Part shown: positions 44,064 to 53,105 of the stretch, in pieces | How the letters are laid out: each line of letters starts with the position of its first letter | Position numbering within the stretch: the first letter of the stretch is position 1 | Source of the DNA: Acidimicrobiales bacterium | Lineage (GTDB): Bacteria > Actinomycetota > Acidimicrobiia > Acidimicrobiales > RAAP-2 | Assembly: GCA_036502025.1 (NCBI GenBank) | Contig: DASXZJ010000090.1 | Location: forward strand, 1,540 to 65,539 | Direction of reading: 5' to 3' | DNA length: 64,000 nucleotides | Translations under genes and position numbers: made by a program | Notes under the pieces: model-generated | Databases searched by the model: none | What the model was told of the DNA's origin: nothing | Seen by the model: only the letters and a program-made list of their open reading frames with translations

Positions 44064-45014
44064 TCAGTCCGCCGGCGGGTCGGCGCCGTCCGCGGCAACC
44101 ACGACGTCGGCCAGCACGTCGATGAAGCGGGGGTCGTCGTTGAGCGAGGCCGTGCGGGCCAACACCACCCCGGCGTCGGTGGCCACGGCCGCCAGCTCCA
44201 CATCGAGGTCGTAGAGCACCTCGAGGTGGTCGGCCACAAAGCCGATCGGGCAGACCACAACGCCGTCGATGCCACCATCGGCGCCGAGCGCACGCACCAC
44301 GTCGCGCACGTCGGGCCCCAGCCACATCTCCTCGGTGCGGCCGGCGCTCTGCCAGGCCACGTCCCAGTGCGCCAGGCCGGCCGCCTCGGCGACCAGGCGG
44401 GCCGACTCGGCCAGCTGCTCGGGGTAGGTGTCACCCGCCTGCCGCACGCGCTCGGGCACTGAATGGGCGGTGAAGATCACCCGGCACCGGTCCCCCCCAC
44501 CCTCGCCCGCGACCAGCGACCCGACGGCGGACTCGACCCGCTCGGCCAGGAGCGCCACCAGGCCGGGCTCGGCGTACCAGGGGGGCACGGCGAGGAACGG
44601 GACGCTCCCGCCCAGCGCGGCTTGCGCCCGCTCCAGATACTCCCCCGACCCCATCGACGACCCGTGTGGGGTGAGGACCAGCCCGATGATCCTCTCGGCG
44701 CCCGCGTCGGCCAACCCCCTCGCCGCATCCTCGATGAAGGGGCTGGTGTGCTTGGCCCCGAAGGCCACCGCGTACCGGCCCGGCGCCCGCGCCGAGAGCA
44801 CCAAGCCGAGCGCCTCGACCTGGGCCGCCGTCCGCCGGGTCAGAGGCGAGACCCCACCGATGGCGTCGTAGCGGCGCTCGAGATCGGCCAACTGCTCGGC
44901 CGAGGGGGGCCGGCCACGGCGGATGCGCGTATAGAAAGGTGCGATCTGCCCGGGACCCGCCGGGGTGCCGTGCGCCATCACGAGGACTCCGACCGGCCCG
45001 CTCACGTCACTCAC
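44064..45014 (-). CDS. hemH: ferrochelatase (coproporphyrin ferrochelatase type)
   Basis: VLVMAHGTP, FTAHSVPE and CPIGFVADHLEVLYDLD. Confidence 0.85.
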   Translation of the reverse strand: MSDVSGPVGVLVMAHGTPAGPGQIAPFYTRIRRGRPPSAEQLADLERRYDAIGGVSPLTRRTAAQVEALGLVLSARAPGRYAVAFGAKHTSPFIEDAARGLADAGAERIIGLVLTPHGSSMGSGEYLERAQAALGGSVPFLAVPPWYAEPGLVALLAERVESAVGSLVAGEGGGDRCRVIFTAHSVPERVRQAGDTYPEQLAESARLVAEAAGLAHWDVAWQSAGRTEEMWLGPDVRDVVRALGADGGIDGVVVCPIGFVADHLEVLYDLDVELAAVATDAGVVLARTASLNDDPRFIDVLADVVVAADGADPPAD

Positions 45015-45017
45015 CCC

Positions 45018-46076
45018 TCACCCGACGGGGTGCGCGTGCACCAGGTCCACCACGGCCCCGAGTATCCCGATGTCGGCTTCGGGGAGGACGCCGTGGCCGA
45101 GGTTGAAGATGTGGCCGGTGCCGCCGCCGCCCGCCGCGCCGTCGGCCAGCACCTGGCGGGCGGCCTCCTCCACCACCGGCCAGGGCGCCACGCAGAGGGC
45201 GGGGTCCAGGTTGCCCTGCACCGCGTGATCCGGGCCGACCCGCCGGCGTGCCTCGTCCAGGGGCACCCGCCAGTCCACCCCGACCACGTCGGAGCCCGCG
45301 GTGGCCATGAGGCCGAGCAGCTCGCCGGTGCCCACCCCGAAGAGGATGGACGGGACGCCGAGGTCGGCGATCCCCTCGAACACGGCCCGGGTGGCGGGCA
45401 GCACGAAGCGCTCGTACTCGGCCGGGGAGAGCGAGCCGGCCCAGCTGTCGAACAGCTGCACGGCCTGGACCCCCGCCTCGATCTGGGCCCGCAGGAACGC
45501 CACCGACATGTCGGCCAGCCGGGTCATGACGCTCTGCCACAGCCCGGGGTCGCGGTGCATGAGCGACTTGACCCTGGCGAAGGTCCGTGACGGGCCACCC
45601 TCGATGAGGTAGCTGGCCACCGTGAAGGGGGCGCCGGCGAAGCCGATCAGGGCCGTCCCGCTCCCGGCCAGCTCCCCGGCCACCAGGCGCACGGCCTCGG
45701 TGACATACGGCACGTCGGCCTGCGGCTCGAGCGGGCGCAGCCTTCGGAGGTCGTCGGCCGACCGGAAGGGCTGCTCGACCACGGGACCCCGACCCGGCTC
45801 GACGTCCACGCCGAAGCCGATGGCGTGGACCGGGACGACGATGTCGGAGAAGAGGATGGCGGCGTCGACGCCGTAGCGACGGACGGGCTGGAGCGTCAGT
45901 TCGGCCGAGAGGGCGGCATCGCCGATGGCCGAGAGAATCGACCCTCCGCCGCGGGCCGCCCGGTACTCGGGCAGTGAGCGCCCGGCCTGGCGCATGAACC
46001 ACACCGGGGTCCGCGCGACCGGCTGGCGGAAGCAGGCACGCACCAGGTCCGTGTCGGCGACCGCCCCGGGGCTCAC
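45018..46076 (-). CDS. hemE: uroporphyrinogen decarboxylase
   Basis: [31 protein letters not shown] and IFNLGHG. Confidence 0.9.
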   Translation of the reverse strand: MSPGAVADTDLVRACFRQPVARTPVWFMRQAGRSLPEYRAARGGGSILSAIGDAALSAELTLQPVRRYGVDAAILFSDIVVPVHAIGFGVDVEPGRGPVVEQPFRSADDLRRLRPLEPQADVPYVTEAVRLVAGELAGSGTALIGFAGAPFTVASYLIEGGPSRTFARVKSLMHRDPGLWQSVMTRLADMSVAFLRAQIEAGVQAVQLFDSWAGSLSPAEYERFVLPATRAVFEGIADLGVPSILFGVGTGELLGLMATAGSDVVGVDWRVPLDEARRRVGPDHAVQGNLDPALCVAPWPVVEEAARQVLADGAAGGGGTGHIFNLGHGVLPEADIGILGAVVDLVHAHPVG

Positions 46077-46396
46077 CCGAGCGGCTCTAGGACGACCGCG
46101 GTCCCGTAGGCGCAGATCTCGGTCCAGTTGCCGCCCATCTCCGAGGTGTCGAAGCGCATGGCCAGGACGGCATTGCCGCCCTTTGCTTCCGCCTCGCTCA
46201 CCATTCGGCCGACCACTTCTTCCCGGCTGAGCTGCAGGTTCTTCGTCATTCCCTTGAGCTCGCCCCCGGCCAGGGACTTGAAGGCGGCACCGAGCTGGGA
46301 CCCTACGTTGCGAGAGCGAACGGTGAGGCCGAAGACCTCCCCGAGGACCGACGTCACCTTGTAACCGGGCGCGTCGTTCATGGTTGAAATGAGCAT
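46073..46396 (-). CDS. YbjQ/UPF0145 family (putative heavy-metal-binding) protein
   Basis: [30 protein letters not shown]...[18 protein letters not shown] overlap with the hemE start. Confidence 0.85.
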   Translation of the reverse strand: MLISTMNDAPGYKVTSVLGEVFGLTVRSRNVGSQLGAAFKSLAGGELKGMTKNLQLSREEVVGRMVSEAEAKGGNAVLAMRFDTSEMGGNWTEICAYGTAVVLEPLG

Positions 46397-46517
46397 GAGG
46401 TTCCTTTCGCTCGCGGCCGACCGCTCATCGTAGGCGGGCCTCGGCGTGTGCCCCCGTCGCTGGCCGCCGAGTAAGCTGGACCGTTTCCCTGACGGGCGGG
46501 GGGAGAAAGGGGCGACG

Positions 46518-48902
46518 TTGCCGGAACATCCCGATCTGGAGGCTGAGCAGGAGTTCCTTAACCGCGCCCACGATGGTCTCGACTTCATGCGCGGCGAGGC
46601 CCGCCAGATGCTCCAGGGCGTCCTGGACTTGGGGCGCGGCGGCACCTTCCAGTCCCGTACCGAGCGCGACATCGTCGTGCGGACCAGCCTGGCCCGCCTC
46701 GAGCAGCTGGACATCGGCGACCAGGCGCTGTACTTCGGCCGCATCGATCGCTTCCCCGAGCCGGGCACCGAACCCACTGACGGGAGCAACGGCCCGGCGC
46801 TCGGCGAGTCCTTCCACATCGGCCGCCTGGCCGTGTCGGGACCGGATCACGATCCGTTGGTGGTGGATTGGCGGGCGCCAGTGGCCGAGCCGTTCTACCG
46901 GGCCACCGGACTCGATCCGCAGGGGCTGGCCCGCCGCCGTCATCTGGCCGTGCGGGGCCGCACGGTGCTCGGGTTAGAGGACGAGTACTTCGCCGACCCC
47001 AACCGGGCCCCCGGCGCGCCCGTGCTCGGCGTGTCCGACACCGGGCCGTCGACCAACGGATCCGAGGGCGAGCGCCTGCTGTCCGAGGGCATGGTGCTCG
47101 GTGGTCCCGGCGCCCTGCTCTCGGCCCTGGGGCAGGCGCGGACGGGGCACATGGGCGACATCATCGGCACCATCCAGCGCGAGCAGGACGAGATCATCCG
47201 TTCCCCCCTCACGGGCGTCCTGGTCGTCCAGGGCGGCCCCGGCACCGGCAAGACGGCCGTCGCCCTGCACCGGGCCGCCTACCTCCTCTACACCCACCGC
47301 TTCCCGCTCGAGCGCCAGGGCGTGCTGGTCGTCGGACCCAACCCGCTGTTCCTGCGCTACATCGAGCAGGTGCTGCCCTCCCTCGGCGAAACGGGCGTCA
47401 GCCTCTCCACCGTGGCCGGGCTGGTCCCCGAGATCCGGGTGCGTGGGACCGACGATGCCGCCGTGGCCACACTCAAGGGCGACGTGCGCATGGTCCAGGT
47501 GCTGACCCGAGCCGTGCGGACCCGCCAGCGGCCCCTACGCCACGACCTCGAGGTGCCGTTCGGCGCCGGTGTGCTGCGCCTACGGGCCAAGACCACCGAG
47601 GACATCGTCGCCGCGGCGCGCCGGCGTCCCGGCACCCACAACGTGCGCCGCCGCTTCGTCGAGGCCAGCGTGCTCCGGGCCCTGTCGGACGACTACCGCG
47701 CCCGCTTCTCCCGCGGCGCCGAGACCGAGGAGGACGGCCCGAGCGCCGAGGAGCAGGCCGACCTGGCCCAGCGGCTCCGCCGTACGCCGCCGGTGGCCGA
47801 GGCCCTCGATCGCATGTGGCCGCGCCTGTCCCCCCACGAGCTCATCCACGACCTCCTGGGCGCCCGGCCGCTGTTGGATGCCGCCGGCAAGGGCGTCCTC
47901 AAGGCTCAGGACGCGCAACGGCTCTACCGGCCCCGCAGCGCGTCACTCGACGCCGTGCCCTGGACCGTGGCCGACGCCGCCCTCATCGACGAGGCCCGCA
48001 CCATCCTGGGGCCGCGGCGTGGCTCGGCTCGTCCGAACCGTCGACCGACTCGGGCCGAGGAGGGGACGGCTCAGGAGGGTGGGTTCTGGCCCCAGGGGCT
48101 CGCCTCCTCGCCGATGCCCACCTCCGGTGCGCCGCTGGGCCACGACGACGAGATCCGCTCCTTCGGGCACATCGTGGTCGACGAGGTGCAGGACCTCTCC
48201 CCGATGCAGCTGCGCATGCTCGGTCGCCGCTCCCTGTCGGGCTCGATGACCGTGGTGGGCGACATCGCTCAGGCCACCGGACCCTGGGCCCCGCGCGACT
48301 GGGACGACGTGACGCGCCACCTGACTTCGAAGCGCCCGCCCCGGCTGGTCGAGCTCACCGTCAGCTACCGGACACCTGCCGAGGTGGTGGCGGTGGCTGC
48401 CCAAGTGCTGGCCGTGGCCGCCCCGTCGATCGCCCCGCCGCGACCGGTGCGCCAGTCGGGGAACATACCCCGTCTCATCCGGTCGTCCCGGGCCGGGCTG
48501 GCCGAGGCCGTGGCCCAGGCCACGCGGGAGGAGGTCGAGGCAGTGTCCCCGGGTCGGGTGGCCGTGCTCGGACCGGCGGTCCTGCTGCCTGAACTGGCTC
48601 GCGCCCTCGCCGAAGCCGGCCTGTACGCCATCGACCCACGCGATCCGCTGGGCGACGGCCTCGCCGCCGGGTTAGTGCTCCTCCCGGCCGACGAGACCAA
48701 CGGGCTGGAGTTCGATGCCGTGGTGGTGGTCGAGCCGGCGATGGTCGCTGCGGTGGGCGGGGACTCGCTGGGCGAGGGCCCCCCGGTGGCCACGACACGC
48801 GGGCTGCGGACCCTCTATGTGGCCCTGACCAGGCCCACGCGGCGCCTGACCATCGTGCACGCCGACCGCCTCCCGGTCGAACTGGTGATCGCCCCCAACT
48901 GA
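46518..48902 (+). CDS. helD: HelD-like UvrD/Rep superfamily-1 helicase (RNA polymerase-associated ATPase candidate)
   Basis: Walker A VVQGGPGTGKTAVALHRAAYLLY, VVDEVQDLS, LYVALTRPTRRL. GGGAGAAAGGGG precedes TTG 46518. The ORF opens at 46446. Confidence 0.8.
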   Translation: MPEHPDLEAEQEFLNRAHDGLDFMRGEARQMLQGVLDLGRGGTFQSRTERDIVVRTSLARLEQLDIGDQALYFGRIDRFPEPGTEPTDGSNGPALGESFHIGRLAVSGPDHDPLVVDWRAPVAEPFYRATGLDPQGLARRRHLAVRGRTVLGLEDEYFADPNRAPGAPVLGVSDTGPSTNGSEGERLLSEGMVLGGPGALLSALGQARTGHMGDIIGTIQREQDEIIRSPLTGVLVVQGGPGTGKTAVALHRAAYLLYTHRFPLERQGVLVVGPNPLFLRYIEQVLPSLGETGVSLSTVAGLVPEIRVRGTDDAAVATLKGDVRMVQVLTRAVRTRQRPLRHDLEVPFGAGVLRLRAKTTEDIVAAARRRPGTHNVRRRFVEASVLRALSDDYRARFSRGAETEEDGPSAEEQADLAQRLRRTPPVAEALDRMWPRLSPHELIHDLLGARPLLDAAGKGVLKAQDAQRLYRPRSASLDAVPWTVADAALIDEARTILGPRRGSARPNRRPTRAEEGTAQEGGFWPQGLASSPMPTSGAPLGHDDEIRSFGHIVVDEVQDLSPMQLRMLGRRSLSGSMTVVGDIAQATGPWAPRDWDDVTRHLTSKRPPRLVELTVSYRTPAEVVAVAAQVLAVAAPSIAPPRPVRQSGNIPRLIRSSRAGLAEAVAQATREEVEAVSPGRVAVLGPAVLLPELARALAEAGLYAIDPRDPLGDGLAAGLVLLPADETNGLEFDAVVVVEPAMVAAVGGDSLGEGPPVATTRGLRTLYVALTRPTRRLTIVHADRLPVELVIAPN

Positions 48903-48914
48903 CACCTTTGTCAC

Positions 48915-48939
48915 GAACGGGTCGAACGGCGACCCGTTC
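48915..48939 (+). terminator. perfect 10-bp stem / 5-nt loop hairpin 12 nt after the helD stop
   Basis: GAACGGGTCG-aacgg-CGACCCGTTC, followed by ACCTGCTTGTTGG. There is no clean U-tract. Confidence 0.45.
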
Positions 48940-48986
48940 ACCTGCTTGTTGGCGCTGGGAGGGGCCGGTCGACTAGAAATTGCCCT

Positions 48987-49592
48987 GTGACCCAGGCTGT
49001 TTCGGTCGAGCATCCCGCGCCACAGGGCAAGATCGTCCACGATCGACCCCCGATGCTGGCCATCGGCGTGATGATCTGGCTCGGCTCCGAGCTCATGTTC
49101 TTCAGCGGCCTGTTCGCGGCCTTCTTCACCATCCGCGCCAACGCCCCGGGAGGGGTGTGGCCGCCGGTGGGCACCCACCTCGACACCATCCGGGGCGCCA
49201 TCTTCACCCTCGTGCTGGTGTCCTCCAGCTTCACCATGCAGTACGCCGTGAACCGGGCCGAATGGCGGGACCGCAAGTCCGCCCGCCGGTTCATCGTCTT
49301 CACCCTGATCCTCGGAACGGCCTTCCTGGCCAACCAGGCCACCGAGTGGCTGTTCCTCACCACGCGCTGGTACACCAACTCCTACGGCTCGCTCTTCTTC
49401 ATCATGACGGGCCTCCACGGGCTCCATGTGTTCCTCGGCTTGGTGGCCATGATCTTCCTGCTGGGGCGGATGAAGGGTGACGTGGGTGGTGACCCCGGCG
49501 AGCTGGCCGCCATCCAGGGCGTCAGCTACTACTGGCACTTCGTCGACATCGTCTGGATCGGACTCTTCAGTTGCCTCTTCTTCCTCAAATAG
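48987..49592 (+). CDS. ctaE: cytochrome c oxidase subunit III
   Basis: WLGSELMFFSGLFAAFFTIRA and YYWHFVDIVWIGLF. It precedes qcrCAB, as in other actinobacteria. Confidence 0.9.
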   Translation: MTQAVSVEHPAPQGKIVHDRPPMLAIGVMIWLGSELMFFSGLFAAFFTIRANAPGGVWPPVGTHLDTIRGAIFTLVLVSSSFTMQYAVNRAEWRDRKSARRFIVFTLILGTAFLANQATEWLFLTTRWYTNSYGSLFFIMTGLHGLHVFLGLVAMIFLLGRMKGDVGGDPGELAAIQGVSYYWHFVDIVWIGLFSCLFFLK

Positions 49593-49594
49593 GC

Positions 49595-50590
49595 ATGGTG
49601 GACTCCCCCTCACCCGCGCCGCGCCGGTTCCGGGCCCAGTTCGTCCTACCCGGCAGCCTGCTGGCCATCGCCACCCTCGGCACCCTCTCCCTCTTTCTCC
49701 CCGGCGCCAACGCCGGCGCGCAGTCCAAGGCGTCGCAGGTGTCGACCACCGGGGGCTCGCCGACGAGCCACACCACGAAGGCCTGCGGCACGGTCAACCT
49801 CAAGGGCGTCAGCCCGGTTCACAACACCGGCGACCCGTTCAACAGCAGCACGCTCAAGTGCAAGGGCGGTCAGGTGGAGCAGTACGGCGACAACGCCATC
49901 ACCTACGCCAATCCGTCGTCGGCGTACGCGGCGGCCGGCAAGCTGCTCTTCGACCAGACCTGCTCGAGTTGCCATGGCAGCCAGGCGAACGGGGTCGGGC
50001 CCACCGGGCAGGCCACCATCGGCCCGAACCTCCAAGGCGTCGGCACCGCCACCGTCGACTTCTGGGTGTCGACCGGCCGCATGCCGGCGGCGGACATCAA
50101 GGCGGTGGAGGCCGAGCGCAAGCCCCCTCGCTACAACGACAAGCAGGCTCTTGAGATCGCGGCCTACATCAACACGTTGGACCCCTCGGTGCCGGCCGTG
50201 CCGACCCCGAACCTCAAGGGCGCCAACCTCTCGGTGGGTTCGGACCTCTTCTCGTTGAACTGCGCCGCCTGCCACACCATCACCGGAGCCGGTGACGCCC
50301 TGGCCTTCGGCACGAACGCGCCGACGATCCAGAACCGCTCGGTCACCCCCCAGCAGGTGGCCGAGGCGATGCGCATCGGCCCGGCCAACATGCCGAGATT
50401 CTCGGGCAACCTCACCGACGCCCAGGTGCGCGACGTGGTGGCCTACGTGACGACGAGGATTCAGCACCCGGCCAACCCTGGCGGGGCCGGTCTCGGCGGC
50501 GTCGGGCCGGTGGCCGAGGGCTTCGTCGCCCTTCTCCTCGGGGTCGGTGGCCTGGCCCTCATCTGCTTCTGGATCGGAGAGCGCTCATGA
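49595..50590 (+). CDS. qcrC: diheme cytochrome c subunit of the bc1 complex
   Basis: Two heme motifs, CSSCHG and CAACHT. C-terminal TM anchor. Confidence 0.9.
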   Translation: MVDSPSPAPRRFRAQFVLPGSLLAIATLGTLSLFLPGANAGAQSKASQVSTTGGSPTSHTTKACGTVNLKGVSPVHNTGDPFNSSTLKCKGGQVEQYGDNAITYANPSSAYAAAGKLLFDQTCSSCHGSQANGVGPTGQATIGPNLQGVGTATVDFWVSTGRMPAADIKAVEAERKPPRYNDKQALEIAAYINTLDPSVPAVPTPNLKGANLSVGSDLFSLNCAACHTITGAGDALAFGTNAPTIQNRSVTPQQVAEAMRIGPANMPRFSGNLTDAQVRDVVAYVTTRIQHPANPGGAGLGGVGPVAEGFVALLLGVGGLALICFWIGERS

Positions 50591-51537
50591 GCGACACCGA
50601 CCACGAGCCGTCACGCACCCGGGTGCCGATGCCGATCGCCACCCTCAACGATCCCCACCTGGGCGACGCCGCCCGGAATCCCGAGCGGGTGCAGAACATC
50701 ATCGCGGTCGTCTTCGTGCTGGCCATCGTCATGCTGGCCGGCTTCGGTGCCGCCTACTGGCAGAACTGGAACCCCTGGATCCTGGGCGGGACCATGGGTG
50801 CCGGGTTGTTCCTGCTCGGCTTCGGCATGACGGCGTGGGGCAAGTACCTCATGCCGCAGGGGCCGTTCGTCGAGGAGCGCCACGTCCTGGCCGGCACCGA
50901 CGCCGAGCGGGAGTCCATGGCGGCGGCCCTGGTCGAGCGCTCGACCGTCGTGGTCAAGCGCCGCCGGATGCTCGGTGGTCTCTTCGCCGTGGGCTCGGGC
51001 ATCTTCGGGATCGTGGCCATCTTCCCCCTGTTGCGTTCGCTCGGCCCGGTGCCGGGCACCTCCTTCGAGAAGACGGATTGGCGGAAGGGCTCCATCCTCG
51101 TCGACTCCAACGGACGGGCGGTACACAAGGACACCCTGGTGAGCGGTGGCATCATGACCGTCTTCCCCCGCGGTCACCAGAACAACATCCAGGCGCAGTC
51201 CATGGATCAGACCGTGCTCATCCGGGTGGGTGACGTGGGCTTCACGACGATGAAGGGCCGGGAGACCTGGGCGCCCGAGGGTTACGTGGCCTACTCAAAG
51301 ATGTGCACCCATCTCGGGTGCCCGGTCGGCCTCTACGAGCAGGAGCTCGAACTGCTGGTGTGCCCCTGCCACCAGTCGATGTTCAACGTGCGCAACGGAG
51401 CCGTCCCGCAGTTCGGTCCCGCCCCCCGCCCGCTGCCCCAGCTCCCGCTCGCCTTCAATTCGGATGGCTACCTGATGGCCCAGGCGGGCTATGACGAGGC
51501 GGTCGGTCCCGGCTTCTGGGAACGGAACACCACATGA
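50587..51537 (+). CDS. qcrA: Rieske iron-sulfur subunit of the bc1 complex
   Basis: CTHLGCPV and CPCHQSMF. ATGA overlap with qcrC. Confidence 0.9.
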   Translation: MSDTDHEPSRTRVPMPIATLNDPHLGDAARNPERVQNIIAVVFVLAIVMLAGFGAAYWQNWNPWILGGTMGAGLFLLGFGMTAWGKYLMPQGPFVEERHVLAGTDAERESMAAALVERSTVVVKRRRMLGGLFAVGSGIFGIVAIFPLLRSLGPVPGTSFEKTDWRKGSILVDSNGRAVHKDTLVSGGIMTVFPRGHQNNIQAQSMDQTVLIRVGDVGFTTMKGRETWAPEGYVAYSKMCTHLGCPVGLYEQELELLVCPCHQSMFNVRNGAVPQFGPAPRPLPQLPLAFNSDGYLMAQAGYDEAVGPGFWERNTT

Positions 51538-53105
51538 GTACGACGGCGGCGACCGCCCGGACCAAGCGGAACTCCAAAGCGGCCCTCGGGCCCTACGGGC
51601 GCGTCGGCAACATCGTCAACGAGCTCGATGACCGAATCGGCGTGGCCAAGGGCGGCCGGGTCTTCCTGGACAAGATCTTCCCGGACCACTGGTCGTTCAT
51701 GCTCGGCGAGATCTCGCTGTACTCGTTCCTCGTCCTGATCGCCACCGGGATCTTCCTGGCCCTCTACTACGTGCCCTCGGCCACCGAGGTCCTGTACCAC
51801 GGCTCCTATGCGCCGCTCAAGGGACAGCATGTGTCCGAGGCCTACCAGTCCACCATGAACATCTCCTTCGGAGTCCGGGGCGGACTGATGGTGCGCCAGA
51901 TGCACCACTGGGCGGCCGACATCTTCACCGGGTCGATCATCGTCCACATGGCCCGCATCTTCTTCACCGGCGCGTTCCGCAAGCCGCGCGAGCTCAACTA
52001 CACCGTCGGCATCATCATGTTGATCATCGCCATCTTCGAGGGGTTCATCGGCTACTCGATGCCCGACGACCTGATCTCTGGCACCGGTCTCCGCATCGGG
52101 TACTCCATCGTGGAGTCCATACCGCTGGCCGGTAGCTACCTGGCCTCGTTCATCTGGGGAGGCACCTTCCCGGGGAACGCCGTCTTACCCCGCTTCTACA
52201 TCATCCACGTCCTGATATTCCCACTCATACTGTTCGCGCTCATCGGACTCCACCTGACCTTGCTGGTGCGCCAGAAGCACACGCAGTTCAAGGGGGAGGG
52301 GCGCACGGAGAACAATGTGGTCGGGTCGCCGATGTTCCCGACCTTCATGGCCAAGACGACCGGGTTCCTCTTCATGGTGGCCGCCGCCTCGGCCCTCCTG
52401 GGCGCGTTCGCCCAGATCAACCCGATCTGGCAGTTCGGCTCCTATCTGCCGTACAAGATCTCCTACGCGGTCCAACCGGACTGGTACATGGGTTGGACCG
52501 ATGGGGCGTTGCGCATCATGCCGGCCTGGGAGTTCACCGCCTTCGGCCATACCATCCCGCTGGAGGTCTTCCTGCCGGCGGTCATCTTCCCGGGCCTGGT
52601 GTTCAATATCGCCTTGCTCTGGCCGGCCATCGAACGCCGTTTCACCGGGGACCACGCGCTGCACAACCTGTTGGACCGGCCGCGGGACCGGCCCAAGCGC
52701 ACCGCGTTCGGCGCGGCCTTCTTCGCCATGCTCTTTACCGTGTTCGGTGCCAGCTCGACCGACGTCCTGGCCAACTACTTCCACCTGTCGCTGAACCTGG
52801 TGCTCTGGTCCTTCCGCATTCTGTTCTTCGTCGTGCCCATCGTCGTGGGCTTCGTGACGTACCGGATCTGCCTGGAGCTGCAAGGGGTGCAGGGTGGCGG
52901 GAAGCGCAAGCGTGCGGTCATCGTGCGTCGGTCCGACGAGGGCGAGTACTCGACCGTGACGGCCGAGCCCCGGCCCGACGACGAGCACACCGAGCTGCAC
53001 CCGACGCCGGTGCCCGATCGCATCGACATCGAGCCGCTGGTGGCCGGGCCGGTGCTCGGGAACGGCGAGAGCTCGCCGACCGGCGCCCGCCAGGTCACCC
53101 GCTGA
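51534..53105 (+). CDS. qcrB: cytochrome b subunit of the bc1 complex
   Basis: Multi-TM product with VRQMHHWAADIF, YSMPDD and PDWY, and a long actinobacterial-type C-terminus. ATGA overlap with qcrA. Confidence 0.9.
   Translation: MSTTAATARTKRNSKAALGPYGRVGNIVNELDDRIGVAKGGRVFLDKIFPDHWSFMLGEISLYSFLVLIATGIFLALYYVPSATEVLYHGSYAPLKGQHVSEAYQSTMNISFGVRGGLMVRQMHHWAADIFTGSIIVHMARIFFTGAFRKPRELNYTVGIIMLIIAIFEGFIGYSMPDDLISGTGLRIGYSIVESIPLAGSYLASFIWGGTFPGNAVLPRFYIIHVLIFPLILFALIGLHLTLLVRQKHTQFKGEGRTENNVVGSPMFPTFMAKTTGFLFMVAAASALLGAFAQINPIWQFGSYLPYKISYAVQPDWYMGWTDGALRIMPAWEFTAFGHTIPLEVFLPAVIFPGLVFNIALLWPAIERRFTGDHALHNLLDRPRDRPKRTAFGAAFFAMLFTVFGASSTDVLANYFHLSLNLVLWSFRILFFVVPIVVGFVTYRICLELQGVQGGGKRKRAVIVRRSDEGEYSTVTAEPRPDDEHTELHPTPVPDRIDIEPLVAGPVLGNGESSPTGARQVTR

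Noticed and set aside
44045-44067. Direct repeat GGCTCACC-GGCTCACC-GGCTCA spanning the hemY start and hemH stop
   Set aside because: It is only about 2.5 copies of an 8-mer. The second potential GTG is out of frame. This is most likely coincidental.
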